Sequence record: MN871444.1
Reading direction: 5' to 3' (one strand)
DNA length: 64,000 nucleotides
Made by a program: the position numbers and the translations under genes. The notes under the pieces were generated by a model, which ran no database searches, was not told the origin of the DNA, and worked only from the letters and a program-made list of their open reading frames with translations. Shown one piece after another: positions 17,676-26,872 of this stretch (within the stretch, counting starts at the first letter, position 1; each line of letters opens with the position of its first letter).

Positions 17676-17930
17676 ATGTCAGAACAAGCAGATGCTTCTG
17701 TATTACACATGGGCGATGCATTCAATGTATTTAATTCCCTAAAGAGAACTCAACTTGATGCATTTCTCATCAATGGTCATTTGGGTGCAATGGGGGCTAC
17801 TCGGGTTGAGGTGTACGACTCCAAGGTTGGAGATAGTATATTGGTTATGGAAATGGCTAATGGCGGTGCCAGCCTGCACATTTATAGTAATCTCGACCAT
17901 TACCTGGCAAATAAAGAAAGACACAAATAA
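17676..17930 (+). CDS. Hypothetical protein
   Basis: GAGG RBS. Confidence 0.55.
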   Translation: MSEQADASVLHMGDAFNVFNSLKRTQLDAFLINGHLGAMGATRVEVYDSKVGDSILVMEMANGGASLHIYSNLDHYLANKERHK

Positions 17931-17941
17931 ATCATATTAGT

Positions 17942-18343
17942 GTGGGTGGGGTAAACATAAAGATGAATTTATTGTCTGAACTGTTTAATAGGGTAGGTGC
18001 AGTTGGTGAATCGTGGGCTGACATTGAATCGGTACATTTAACCATACAAGACCAAACCGGAATGGAGCAAATATTTCAATGTCCTTACATACCAGAAAAC
18101 ATGGGTCATGTGCTGGAATTGTATTTCGAACACATTGATAGCCAAGACGGTTTGACTCAAGTAGTGGTTGGCTGTATTTGGTTTAAATCTGGGAATATAT
18201 TGCGATTTATTCCCAACCAGCCGTTAGAAAAAATACTGGCACTGAGTGGGTATTGGGAGTTAGTGGAGCTTCCACCCAATCCTAAAGATGCTGATGACGG
18301 TCCAGGATTGACCTGGTTTTATTCGGCATTAATTGGCGACTAA
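17942..18343 (+). CDS. Hypothetical protein
   Basis: ORF in array; start uncertain. Confidence 0.55.
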   Translation: MGGVNIKMNLLSELFNRVGAVGESWADIESVHLTIQDQTGMEQIFQCPYIPENMGHVLELYFEHIDSQDGLTQVVVGCIWFKSGNILRFIPNQPLEKILALSGYWELVELPPNPKDADDGPGLTWFYSALIGD

Positions 18344-18353
18344 AAATAACCAT

Positions 18354-18375
18354 GGGGTGGGGGAATCCCCCACCC
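18354..18375 (+). terminator. GC hairpin followed by TATGCCG
   Basis: GGGTGGGG...CCCCACCC then TTTATGCCG. Confidence 0.7.
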
Positions 18376-18437
18376 TTTATGCCGTTTTTTATCTGTGGGT
18401 AAAAAGTTATGTATCCAATTCATGGGGAATTAAAAGA

Positions 18438-19154
18438 ATGTCTAAGAAACGTAAAGGCGTAAAAGACGCAGATGCTAAACGCATCGCGATGGCTAAGAAG
18501 CGTGGTGAGTGGGTAGAAACTCAATGTCCGGCAGTTTCTGAAATCGAGGTATCGGAGGATAAAGTCGATTACGATACTTTCCTTAAATTGCTGGATGCCG
18601 AACGTCGAGCTAACGTTGGTGGCGAAGATGAGTTTGTCTGGAAGGAGGGGTTTAACTACCATCCGGCGCATCCCGGTATTTGGGTGCCGTATAACGGCTG
18701 GCGCGTAAAATTCCAACACGATATCCGGTTACGTGATGGCCGGGTGATTGAGAACTGCTACCCCAATGCCACCGCCTGGCACGGTAAAGAAGGGCGTTTC
18801 ACCGATGAAGAGGTCGTTGAAATCAGACTCTGCCCACCTGAAGAGCAACTATTCGCTGATTTGGATTATCTGGTTTCTCACAGTCTGGAGTCTTTCGGGG
18901 AGCAGTGTTTCCCAGAGATTATCATTTCTGAAGGCGGGGTAATTTCATTCAAACCCAAACGGTATCGTTATTTCGAAAAAGGGATTATCGATGAGCGGGG
19001 TGATGTAGCTTATGCCCTCTGGGAAGGGACGCTTACCGCGGTTGAAGCGGCAGCTAGTAAGGTGTATAAAAACCTCAGTGAACAATCAGAGCCGTTGGGT
19101 GAAGAGTTTTCTAAAGTGCTGGACACTAATATTAACGATTTATATTTGGAGTAA
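18438..19154 (+). CDS. Hypothetical protein
   Basis: Start moved downstream of the hairpin (MSKKRK). Confidence 0.65.
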   Translation: MSKKRKGVKDADAKRIAMAKKRGEWVETQCPAVSEIEVSEDKVDYDTFLKLLDAERRANVGGEDEFVWKEGFNYHPAHPGIWVPYNGWRVKFQHDIRLRDGRVIENCYPNATAWHGKEGRFTDEEVVEIRLCPPEEQLFADLDYLVSHSLESFGEQCFPEIIISEGGVISFKPKRYRYFEKGIIDERGDVAYALWEGTLTAVEAAASKVYKNLSEQSEPLGEEFSKVLDTNINDLYLE

Positions 19155-19159
19155 GAAGT

Positions 19160-19774
19160 ATGTCGGTCATAACCAAAGAACAGTTATACGAACAGATTCT
19201 ATTTTTATCTAATGAAGACATCATCTTTGCTAGGAAAAAAGCAGATAGTCCCAGAGGCTTTCGTTTGTCAGTGATCTGTAATGATGTCTTTACCTATGCC
19301 AGCTCTGATTCCAAAGCTATCGATGATAGTCAGATACCGTTAATTCACCATCTGTATAAAACGTACTCTTTTTCTGGGGTGATTGCCTGGTTGGCGTATG
19401 TCAGAAAACAAAAGCCATTAAAGGGACATATTACCGAGAATTACAAGCGGGCTTTCCGGGAGTTAAAGGAACATAGATTTGTGCCACCCGAAATCATCGG
19501 TGAATCTACTAAGTTAACCGATGAGCTTGACCTTTTATTATTGGCTGATGCTCTAGGTATCGTTGATTGGTGTATCGAAGAAGGGCAACCCCCAACACGC
19601 CCTCAGTGGGGGCAATATGTATTGTCGAATGGACAAATAATCGACATGCTATTCTCTAAAGACTATCGGGCCAGTATAAGAACTAAATCAGAAGTAACCG
19701 AGTATGTTTCAATCTATAAACAATCTGGGTTGCAGGCCTGTATCGATAAATTAAACTTGGAACAAACATCATGA
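19160..19774 (+). CDS. Hypothetical protein
   Basis: GGAG RBS. Confidence 0.6.
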   Translation: MSVITKEQLYEQILFLSNEDIIFARKKADSPRGFRLSVICNDVFTYASSDSKAIDDSQIPLIHHLYKTYSFSGVIAWLAYVRKQKPLKGHITENYKRAFRELKEHRFVPPEIIGESTKLTDELDLLLLADALGIVDWCIEEGQPPTRPQWGQYVLSNGQIIDMLFSKDYRASIRTKSEVTEYVSIYKQSGLQACIDKLNLEQTS

Positions 19775-20568
19775 CCAAACAAGAATACATCGACCAGTAC
19801 GTAGCATTGAATGGCCCCATCCCACCTCATTGTTCGGTTATTCCATCTCCGTTAGGGTGGCAAATAATCGATGACGGATATCACGCAAATATCGTGGTCT
19901 GTTCAGCGAAAGAAGATATTGAATCGTCTATATCTAAATCACTGCTTCCAGAGCACATAACCCAGTTCCATCAATTCATGCATGATTATCGGGATACCAT
20001 CGACTGGGTGTTGTGGTACAACGAAACTGACCCACAAACTACTACGCCATCTTACCACAATAGTCGCCATTTGATTGGCGCTGCGTTTATTGCGCATCTA
20101 TTGAGTGATGGTGACCCTAAATGTATCCAGGCCATGTTCATTCATGATTTTCAACACCCAAAAGCAGCGAGTGATTTAGATAATATTATCCACTCACTTA
20201 GCGTAGCAAAACAATGCGACTACCCCCATGAAATTGATGATGCATTAACGACATTGGTCTTCGGCACCCAATACAACCCGCAAGACCCACATCCTGCGGT
20301 TGAAGATCCGAAGATTGCCTTATGCCGAGATGCTGACCAAATCTACGCCACCATGATGTTTGACCTGGGGGTTTACTTGGGCCTCGAACATGAAGTAGGG
20401 GGTAAGCTGGGCATTACTGGCATGACATTCCTCCAACGGAATATGGACTATGTCAGAAATATCGGGGATAATCTATATTTGCCTCAAAGCAAAGATCTAC
20501 ATAAACGATATCAAGAATTTTGTTTGAAGCGGCATTTAGAAGTGGCTAGTATCATGCACATTAATTAA
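19771..20568 (+). CDS. HD-domain metal-dependent phosphohydrolase-like protein
   Basis: SYHNSRH...FIHDFQHP...CRDAD motifs. Confidence 0.7.
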   Translation: MTKQEYIDQYVALNGPIPPHCSVIPSPLGWQIIDDGYHANIVVCSAKEDIESSISKSLLPEHITQFHQFMHDYRDTIDWVLWYNETDPQTTTPSYHNSRHLIGAAFIAHLLSDGDPKCIQAMFIHDFQHPKAASDLDNIIHSLSVAKQCDYPHEIDDALTTLVFGTQYNPQDPHPAVEDPKIALCRDADQIYATMMFDLGVYLGLEHEVGGKLGITGMTFLQRNMDYVRNIGDNLYLPQSKDLHKRYQEFCLKRHLEVASIMHIN

Positions 20569-20589
20569 ATTTATTTGAGGGTAAAAATA

Positions 20590-21630
20590 ATGGGTCTATT
20601 TATTATTGGTATCGTGGTCGTATTGGTCGCATGGATGGTCACTTATATCTTTGAGTTTGGGTGGTCTAGGTTCAAACGACCAATAACTAAAGACTTGCAA
20701 CCACCTGAAAAAATAAAGGAAACCATAGACCCAAGGTCGATTATCATAGGTGATTTTAATACGGAGCTTTATTATGAATTAGATAAAATAAAAGAAGTTA
20801 TAACTAATATGCCTTTGGATTGGAAATATCAATACATTCCGGGCGATTCTGGATGTTTCTTACTTCAAAAATTCGATAATGGGGTAGTCATATGCCGGTT
20901 TATATTTACATTTAGCCATCCGTTTTTTGATGCTCGTCGTCAACATTTCACGTATGGTGACACCCTCATAGACGGATGGAAATGTTATACCCATCCACGG
21001 GACTTTTTAGGCTCTACGCACCCCACGGTAGTCGAAAAAATCAAAACAGCCATTAGTCCAGCAGTCGCTACCGGATATGAAGAAATAGCATTCCCTAAAC
21101 CCATAACTTCCGCAACCCGTACTTTGTCTAATATGGATGCATGTATTTTCGTTATTAATTTAGCCTATTCTACTACACCTGATGGTTTGCTACCGGGCGG
21201 TCGAGAAGCCTATTACAACGGGCAGGCATTGATATATCAGCAATACAAATACAATTTAAGCTTAATCGTTCAAGACCACGTGTTTGGTCTTTTTGATAAT
21301 ATTGTTTTTGACATCAAAAACAAAGAAGCATCGAGCCAAGTAATAACTTCCGATAAAATGCAACAAATTACTTTGAAGTACACTGGCAACATATGCAATT
21401 TAATTAGATGGGGGTTTAACTGTATTTTGAGTAAAAATGAAATCATCGTACATGACGCATTTCTTGCAGGAACTGATATAGACGCCCTCTTCACTGGCGA
21501 TGAAGCCAGGACACTGATAGAGTATACCTCCAAGAAATTATTGCGCCAGGCACTGCAATCAATTTACTCCACTTTAGAATTTGAACCATTGAATGGTAAA
21601 GCGGGATATTCAATAACGTATACCGAATAA
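20590..21630 (+). CDS. Membrane-anchored hypothetical protein
   Basis: N-terminal hydrophobic helix. Confidence 0.6.
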   Translation: MGLFIIGIVVVLVAWMVTYIFEFGWSRFKRPITKDLQPPEKIKETIDPRSIIIGDFNTELYYELDKIKEVITNMPLDWKYQYIPGDSGCFLLQKFDNGVVICRFIFTFSHPFFDARRQHFTYGDTLIDGWKCYTHPRDFLGSTHPTVVEKIKTAISPAVATGYEEIAFPKPITSATRTLSNMDACIFVINLAYSTTPDGLLPGGREAYYNGQALIYQQYKYNLSLIVQDHVFGLFDNIVFDIKNKEASSQVITSDKMQQITLKYTGNICNLIRWGFNCILSKNEIIVHDAFLAGTDIDALFTGDEARTLIEYTSKKLLRQALQSIYSTLEFEPLNGKAGYSITYTE

Positions 21631-21635
21631 CTTCT

Positions 21636-21653
21636 GGGGGGCTTCGGCCTCCC
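21636..21653 (+). terminator. Hairpin with TTCG loop
   Basis: GGGGGGC-TTCG-GCCTCCC followed by T-rich tail. Confidence 0.7.
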
Positions 21654-21700
21654 ATTATTTTCGCTTTTTTTATTTTGATTAAATAAAACAATTACACCCT

Positions 21701-21709
21701 TATATTACT
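21701..21709 (+). promoter_or_regulatory. Early promoter motif TATATTACT
   Basis: Exact intergenic motif upstream of 21752. Confidence 0.7.
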
Positions 21710-21751
21710 TACGGGACTAAGTAAACCATCCCATAACTGAGGAATTTTAAA

Positions 21752-22210
21752 ATGGCAGATTGCGGCAATGGTCCAGTATCCGCGCTTCCAGGGTCTATTC
21801 GTGCAGTTCCAGCAGGAACGGAGTGTGATGACCATCCTGGGGTACTTGCGGTAAAACGAGTTCAAGGCGAAACCGATTCTTTTGGATGTGAGTATTTGGA
21901 TATGTGTCAGGAGTGTTACGACAAATATAAGGAAGAAATGCGTAACATGGATAACTCAGGCATTTGTGATTGGTGTAAGAAAAGCGCGGACCGGGTATTT
22001 AATCACAGGGATATAGAAGAAGGGAGTTGTGGGCGGGTCTATCAAGTATGCCAGGCATGTATCGACGCCGAAAAGAAAGAATGGGCTGAAGAACGTGACT
22101 GCCTGGATGATGATGAATGGTGGGATTCTCGGGACTTGGATGATGAATTAGGTCCAGAAGATTTTGAGGATTTCGACGATGACCCGTATGCTGAGCGGCT
22201 CGGAGAATAA
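21752..22210 (+). CDS. Cys-rich (Zn-binding) conserved phage protein
   Basis: CDDHP...RVQGETDSFGCEYLDMCQEC, CDWC and CQAC. Confidence 0.7.
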   Translation: MADCGNGPVSALPGSIRAVPAGTECDDHPGVLAVKRVQGETDSFGCEYLDMCQECYDKYKEEMRNMDNSGICDWCKKSADRVFNHRDIEEGSCGRVYQVCQACIDAEKKEWAEERDCLDDDEWWDSRDLDDELGPEDFEDFDDDPYAERLGE

Positions 22211-22213
22211 TAA

Positions 22214-22804
22214 ATGAACAATGAAGTAATTTCACTTATTTTGAGTGTTAACGAACATATCGACGCACGTCGGTCAATTCAAAGACACAATTCACTCCTG
22301 AGCAGCAATCTGTCATTTGACGGTCAATGGCCAGTGACTAAAGCGGACCAGGATAAGATGATAGAGACCAACACAAGCACTACACTGTGGGTAGTGGTGC
22401 TTTCTGGTGAAAGATTGCGGATATTATCTCCAACCGTCGCAGATGCCATGGCCGAATTAAAAACCAGATACCCCGAAATCCATAGCCAAATTCCAGATTT
22501 TGATCTTGTTTCATTTGGTGAAAAAGCGCGCCGGTTTCCAGGACATGTAGCTCTGCATTATGGTTGCTATCCTCAACCTGAGTTAGATGCCGAGTTGCTT
22601 GCAACATTGGGTTGGTTGCAATGTCCTGATTACCCGCAAGATAAACTCTACTTTGGATACCAAACCACCGAAGAGTTTATTGCTGGCCTCGCAGAAACGC
22701 GTACATTAACCAACATTACAGTATACTCCGCTGGAGGTTGCCATCGGGATTGGTCCGGTACCGATCTACCTACAGTCGTTGATGGCTATATTAACCAGGA
22801 ATAA
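22214..22804 (+). CDS. Hypothetical protein (paralog of 23334)
   Basis: DKMIE...LRILSPTV..AM...HSQIPDFD. Confidence 0.65.
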   Translation: MNNEVISLILSVNEHIDARRSIQRHNSLLSSNLSFDGQWPVTKADQDKMIETNTSTTLWVVVLSGERLRILSPTVADAMAELKTRYPEIHSQIPDFDLVSFGEKARRFPGHVALHYGCYPQPELDAELLATLGWLQCPDYPQDKLYFGYQTTEEFIAGLAETRTLTNITVYSAGGCHRDWSGTDLPTVVDGYINQE

Positions 22805-22808
22805 AAAA

Positions 22809-23264
22809 ATGAGCACACGTCTAAATTTTTATAGCATCCCTAAAAATAAGGTTCCTCAGAAACAACTTGAGGCGCTGGTATTAGACCAGTGTGAAACCAG
22901 TGCGGCAAAAGACATCGGGGCCACTTTTGTTGACCTCGTTATTCTCGAGGACGCGATGGATGAGTTGGATGACACTTATATTGACTGGTACGCTGGCCTT
23001 CACCCGTATGGCCAGGCCAGGCAAGTGATATCGGCATTCATGTCAGACAAAGGCATTACTGGTAGTATCTATAATACCAGTATGGTTATGTCCAAGCAGT
23101 TAGTCACCGAATTGCTTGATTATGTTATCACTTCGCCACTGTGGGGTGTAGATAATGATTTTTATCTATACCACGAAAAAGAAGGAACTGAACTGTTTTT
23201 CCAACACGTCGTAAATAAACATGACTTTGATGCCGCCTATTTCTTTTATGTCTACGGCAGATAA
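22809..23264 (+). CDS. Hypothetical protein (likely paralog of 30833)
   Basis: Similar N- and C-termini to 30833. Confidence 0.6.
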   Translation: MSTRLNFYSIPKNKVPQKQLEALVLDQCETSAAKDIGATFVDLVILEDAMDELDDTYIDWYAGLHPYGQARQVISAFMSDKGITGSIYNTSMVMSKQLVTELLDYVITSPLWGVDNDFYLYHEKEGTELFFQHVVNKHDFDAAYFFYVYGR

Positions 23265-23275
23265 CCACATATTCC

Positions 23276-23303
23276 CTGTCTCGTTAACTGACTAACGAGA
23301 CAG
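23276..23303. repeat. Hairpin CTGTCTCGTTA-N6-TAACGAGACAG; degenerate copy near 24324-24352
   Basis: Perfect 11-bp stem. Confidence 0.7.
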
Positions 23304-23333
23304 ATTTTGTTTTAATGTTTAGAGGATACGAAA

Positions 23334-23918
23334 ATGAATGATTTAATCGTGAGTGATTTTGCCATCACCGTAAAACCTTATACCGATAATTACTGCAGTA
23401 TCGATGAACACGTTCGTTCAATAACCTGGAATGAAGCGTGGGGTCGCAAATGGAAAGTTTCTCAGGAACATAAAGATAAAATGCTTGAGTTGAATAGTGC
23501 CGTAACGCTTTTTATTGGTGCGGTTAACAGCCCAAAATTTCTACGAATTCACGCCCCAACCGTGAAGATGGCCATGGAATTGTTGGAAGAACGATCTCCG
23601 AAAGTACATGCGCAGATACCTTCTTTTGACCCCGATAAGTTTGAAGGTATCGCTGCAAAGTGTAAGGGGTCATCCAATTTGTCTTACTTTTTTGTTCCAG
23701 AGGACAATGACGATGATAATATTCTGTGGCTCCTTCCTGACGACATGGATGAAGATGATTATGTTGGTAATTACCCCAACATTGCTGCATTTATTGCCGC
23801 AGTAGAGGAAAAAAGAAAGGTCCTATGTATTCATTGCTATCCGCACACCCCGGTAGGATTCTGGTCTTATCATGGTTTTGATTTCAATGAACTGATGGAT
23901 CACGTTATTAAGGAATAA
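23334..23918 (+). CDS. Hypothetical protein (paralog of 22214)
   Basis: DKMLE...LRIHAPTV..AM...HAQIPSFD. Confidence 0.65.
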   Translation: MNDLIVSDFAITVKPYTDNYCSIDEHVRSITWNEAWGRKWKVSQEHKDKMLELNSAVTLFIGAVNSPKFLRIHAPTVKMAMELLEERSPKVHAQIPSFDPDKFEGIAAKCKGSSNLSYFFVPEDNDDDNILWLLPDDMDEDDYVGNYPNIAAFIAAVEEKRKVLCIHCYPHTPVGFWSYHGFDFNELMDHVIKE

Positions 23919-23968
23919 ATAATAATGAATACTTCTTTTATACGTACTACTGATCTAAGGGGCATTTA

Positions 23969-24307
23969 ATGTACTCTATTTATTATTGGTCTCAAATTCT
24001 CTATATGCACGTAATGGATGCATTATTCGGGTACCCTAAAGAATACTCAGTATACCCTCAGAGGGACCATAAAAGGATTCGACACGCCGGGGGGATTTGG
24101 GAATTAAAACCGGCGTACACTTATACTCGGCGGGCGTTATCCCCATTTAAAAACAATTACAGGTACGGTTGGGAGGTAGTAGCTGCACCACCAGGGTATG
24201 ATGATTGCGTAGGGGTAATGAATCTGACCAAAGACCCGGGGACAGCCATATCTAACCTACTTGAAGGAAAAAAGATTATGCGTGAGTTTCTGCGTAATCG
24301 TAATTAA
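23969..24307 (+). CDS. Hypothetical protein
   Basis: ORF with AGGGG RBS. Confidence 0.5.
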   Translation: MYSIYYWSQILYMHVMDALFGYPKEYSVYPQRDHKRIRHAGGIWELKPAYTYTRRALSPFKNNYRYGWEVVAAPPGYDDCVGVMNLTKDPGTAISNLLEGKKIMREFLRNRN

Positions 24308-24402
24308 ATTAACAGCATATCTCCTGTCTCGTTAGCGTTAGCTCGCTAGAGAAAAAGATTTTAGTTTTTTCTCAGAAGATAGATTCGATCGATAAAAATA
24401 AT

Positions 24403-24424
24403 CCCACCAGTTTTTACTGGTGGG
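24403..24424 (+). terminator. Hairpin CCCACCAGT-TTTT-ACTGGTGGG followed by AATATGC
   Basis: Perfect 9-bp stem. Confidence 0.65.
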
Positions 24425-24471
24425 CAATATGCTGTAACTTATAGATATCGATAACACCACAGAGGTCAAAT

Positions 24472-24720
24472 ATGATGGGTTCTACTTTAGAAATTGGGGA
24501 TGCCGTTACTGTGAAACACTCTTCTGATGGATGGGTAGTTGAAAAGCTCGATAAAGACACCGCGGCATCATGCGTAATAGTTAAGGTTATAGAAGAAGGT
24601 TACATTTTTCAACGTCCAGGTGTGGTAGGCATATACCGGGCTTTATTGAAAAAAGCTGGGACTGATAGATTTATGATAGCACCGGCCTTTTTAACCTCGC
24701 CTGGTGAATTTGTTTTTTAG
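24472..24720 (+). CDS. Small hypothetical protein
   Basis: GAGG RBS. Confidence 0.55.
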   Translation: MMGSTLEIGDAVTVKHSSDGWVVEKLDKDTAASCVIVKVIEEGYIFQRPGVVGIYRALLKKAGTDRFMIAPAFLTSPGEFVF

Positions 24721-24741
24721 GTCTGGAGAGGGAAGATAAAA

Positions 24742-24951
24742 ATGAAATGGTTTCTTATTGTGTCTTACGTTATCGGGGCTTTGATTACTTACACCATCAT
24801 GGTTGGGTTTAAACCCAAAAGCATCAAATTGGTGTTGGTGGGTTGCTTACTTTCAGTATTGTGGTTTTTTGTGTTGCTTGAATTAATAAGCAAAGCAGTG
24901 AACTACTATACATTCAAATTGTGGAGAGAGATGAATGGAAGGCAAAAATAA
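24742..24951 (+). CDS. Small membrane protein
   Basis: Two hydrophobic segments. Confidence 0.6.
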   Translation: MKWFLIVSYVIGALITYTIMVGFKPKSIKLVLVGCLLSVLWFFVLLELISKAVNYYTFKLWREMNGRQK

Positions 24952-25405
24952 TCACGTGGATTGTGGGGCATGTCCGAATATCACATCTGGATGTGTGGAA
25001 GGGCATTGCCTAAAGTCTTTCGTCAGAAAAGTGTTGCTGACATCACCCACCCCACCAAGACCGCGACTTTGCTCGCTAGACTTCCGTGATGACGAACTCA
25101 GGTTAAACTATCACGATTGGGGGTTGCCGTATCCAGAGAGTGTTCGCCTACTCACGTCTACTGGGAAGCCCATCAAAGTGTGGAATACCGAATACCTGAG
25201 AAGAGCTAGGCTATATTTTAAAGAGTTAGCCCAGTTTAGTGAAAACGGATATGAAATCGTCTTAATCGAGTATCTAGCACCTGAAGATGTCTGGCAATCT
25301 TTACGTGCCGGTGCTGGCGGCATCAATATCCACACCTTCAGATCGATTGAACATAAATGCATGTTTAACATCGATGAGGGTGAACTTCAAATTCAACGAT
25401 ATTAA
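24935..25405 (+). CDS. Hypothetical protein
   Basis: Coupled ORF. Confidence 0.55.
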   Translation: MEGKNNHVDCGACPNITSGCVEGHCLKSFVRKVLLTSPTPPRPRLCSLDFRDDELRLNYHDWGLPYPESVRLLTSTGKPIKVWNTEYLRRARLYFKELAQFSENGYEIVLIEYLAPEDVWQSLRAGAGGINIHTFRSIEHKCMFNIDEGELQIQRY

Positions 25406-25422
25406 GTTAAAGGACAAACATC

Positions 25423-25611
25423 ATGCGTAAACTACTTTTGGTGGTTGCTGTTGTCTTGTTGTCTGGTTGCATCTATGACGGATATCTTTATCCAGTACCT
25501 GGCGTGTATGGTGGTCCCGGGCCGGTAATGGGTGGTGGGTACCCCCCTGGCGGTCCTGGCAGGATGGATGGTGGTATGGGTGGCGTCCACGGCGGTGGGT
25601 TTCACAGATAA
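25423..25611 (+). CDS. Small Gly/Pro-rich lipoprotein
   Basis: Lipobox LSGC; AAGGA RBS. Confidence 0.65.
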   Translation: MRKLLLVVAVVLLSGCIYDGYLYPVPGVYGGPGPVMGGGYPPGGPGRMDGGMGGVHGGGFHR

Positions 25612-25637
25612 TTAATTTTTAATAAGAGGTTAGTTTA

Positions 25638-25817
25638 ATGGCTGCTCAACTGCACGTCGAAATAACTCCCAGGGATGATGGGTTGGATGACATGGAAATC
25701 ATCGTGACTAACGCCACCAAAGAAGAGGCAGAAAAATTCTATTCTGAGTTAATGGAAAAGGCCGGGGAGTTGGGCCTTTCTTTAGCTCCAGGGTCTGGCA
25801 TCTATCGTACCAATTAG
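25638..25817 (+). CDS. Small acidic protein (59 aa, not in track)
   Basis: GAGGT RBS; MAAQLHVEITPRDD... Confidence 0.55.
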   Translation: MAAQLHVEITPRDDGLDDMEIIVTNATKEEAEKFYSELMEKAGELGLSLAPGSGIYRTN

Positions 25818-25831
25818 AGGTTATAAATAAA

Positions 25832-26275
25832 ATGCCTAAGTTATTATCTCCAGAAGAAGCCTGGGAAGTTATTTCTTCTGGTAGTGGTATCGTGTCAGCC
25901 GCCGGGTATACTTATTTTAAAGATGGGTATTTATCTTACGGCACGCTACCAGTTTGCATGAGTGGTACCAGCCATACCAAAGAAGGGTTTTTACGCCAAT
26001 GTGAACGGCAATCATTATTTCATTGGAAGCTAATGACTCCCGAGGACCTCATTTGCAGGCAGGGTTACTATCCGAGTGTTTACACATTACTCCATCGTTA
26101 CGACGCCATCGGGGGATTTACAACCGAGCAAATTCAAGAGGTATATGACTTAGAAACAGAAATGATTGAATACTGCATTAATTCCCAATATGACACAACT
26201 GTTTTTAAAGATGCCCATCGGAGTCCCGAGATATGGCGGGCTTGGTTTAAACAACGACCTGGGAGGAAACCATGA
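25832..26275 (+). CDS. Hypothetical protein
   Basis: GAGG RBS. Confidence 0.6.
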   Translation: MPKLLSPEEAWEVISSGSGIVSAAGYTYFKDGYLSYGTLPVCMSGTSHTKEGFLRQCERQSLFHWKLMTPEDLICRQGYYPSVYTLLHRYDAIGGFTTEQIQEVYDLETEMIEYCINSQYDTTVFKDAHRSPEIWRAWFKQRPGRKP

Positions 26276-26445
26276 CTAAAACACAGAAACGCATCTTGGA
26301 ATTGGCCAAACGAATGCATTCTGATGGTGTTACGGAATGGGATTTGCAAATGCGTGGAATTTCTATTTCTGCGGCTGATGCTTTGGTCAATAAAGGTCAT
26401 TTGACCAAAACCAATGATGTTTACCACATACCTCAGGAGCACTAA
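26272..26445 (+). CDS. Small protein (57 aa, not in track)
   Basis: GGAGG RBS, ATGA coupling; MTKTQKRILELAK... Confidence 0.55.
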   Translation: MTKTQKRILELAKRMHSDGVTEWDLQMRGISISAADALVNKGHLTKTNDVYHIPQEH

Positions 26446-26446
26446 C

Positions 26447-26821
26447 ATGAAAAATACACATACCCAAGGGCGCCATCACCTCACCACCAAAGAAGACCTT
26501 TTCAGCCTGTCCAATCAACTGCTAATGCATGCGTTTGTAGAGACCGGGTTACGCAAGGGTAAGAAAGTGGTTATCCTAGCCGATAAAAATATTCGAGAAT
26601 GGATGGAAACATCCGCGTTACTGTCCCTCATTTTACCTGATGTTACTCTCAAGGCCATGCCCGCCGATCGTAAAGGCGCCATCAATTTTGGTCGTGGGAT
26701 GACAGACCTGCATGTGCTGGTAGTCAGTACCCGCCCGGCAGCGCTGATACAAGACCTGGTGATGTCGGCCGCACCCTGTTTTAATGCCAATATCCTGGTG
26801 GTACATACCGATCCGATTTAA
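26447..26821 (+). CDS. Hypothetical protein
   Basis: AGGAG RBS with ATG 26447. Confidence 0.6.
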   Translation: MKNTHTQGRHHLTTKEDLFSLSNQLLMHAFVETGLRKGKKVVILADKNIREWMETSALLSLILPDVTLKAMPADRKGAINFGRGMTDLHVLVVSTRPAALIQDLVMSAAPCFNANILVVHTDPI

Positions 26822-26872
26822 TTAGATTTTATCGTTGCCGCTTTTTAATAAAGAATCAGGGGAGATATAGTA

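Noticed and set aside
25423-25611. Gly-rich ORF as a collagen-like fibre
   Set aside because: No sustained G-X-Y periodicity; it has a lipobox instead.
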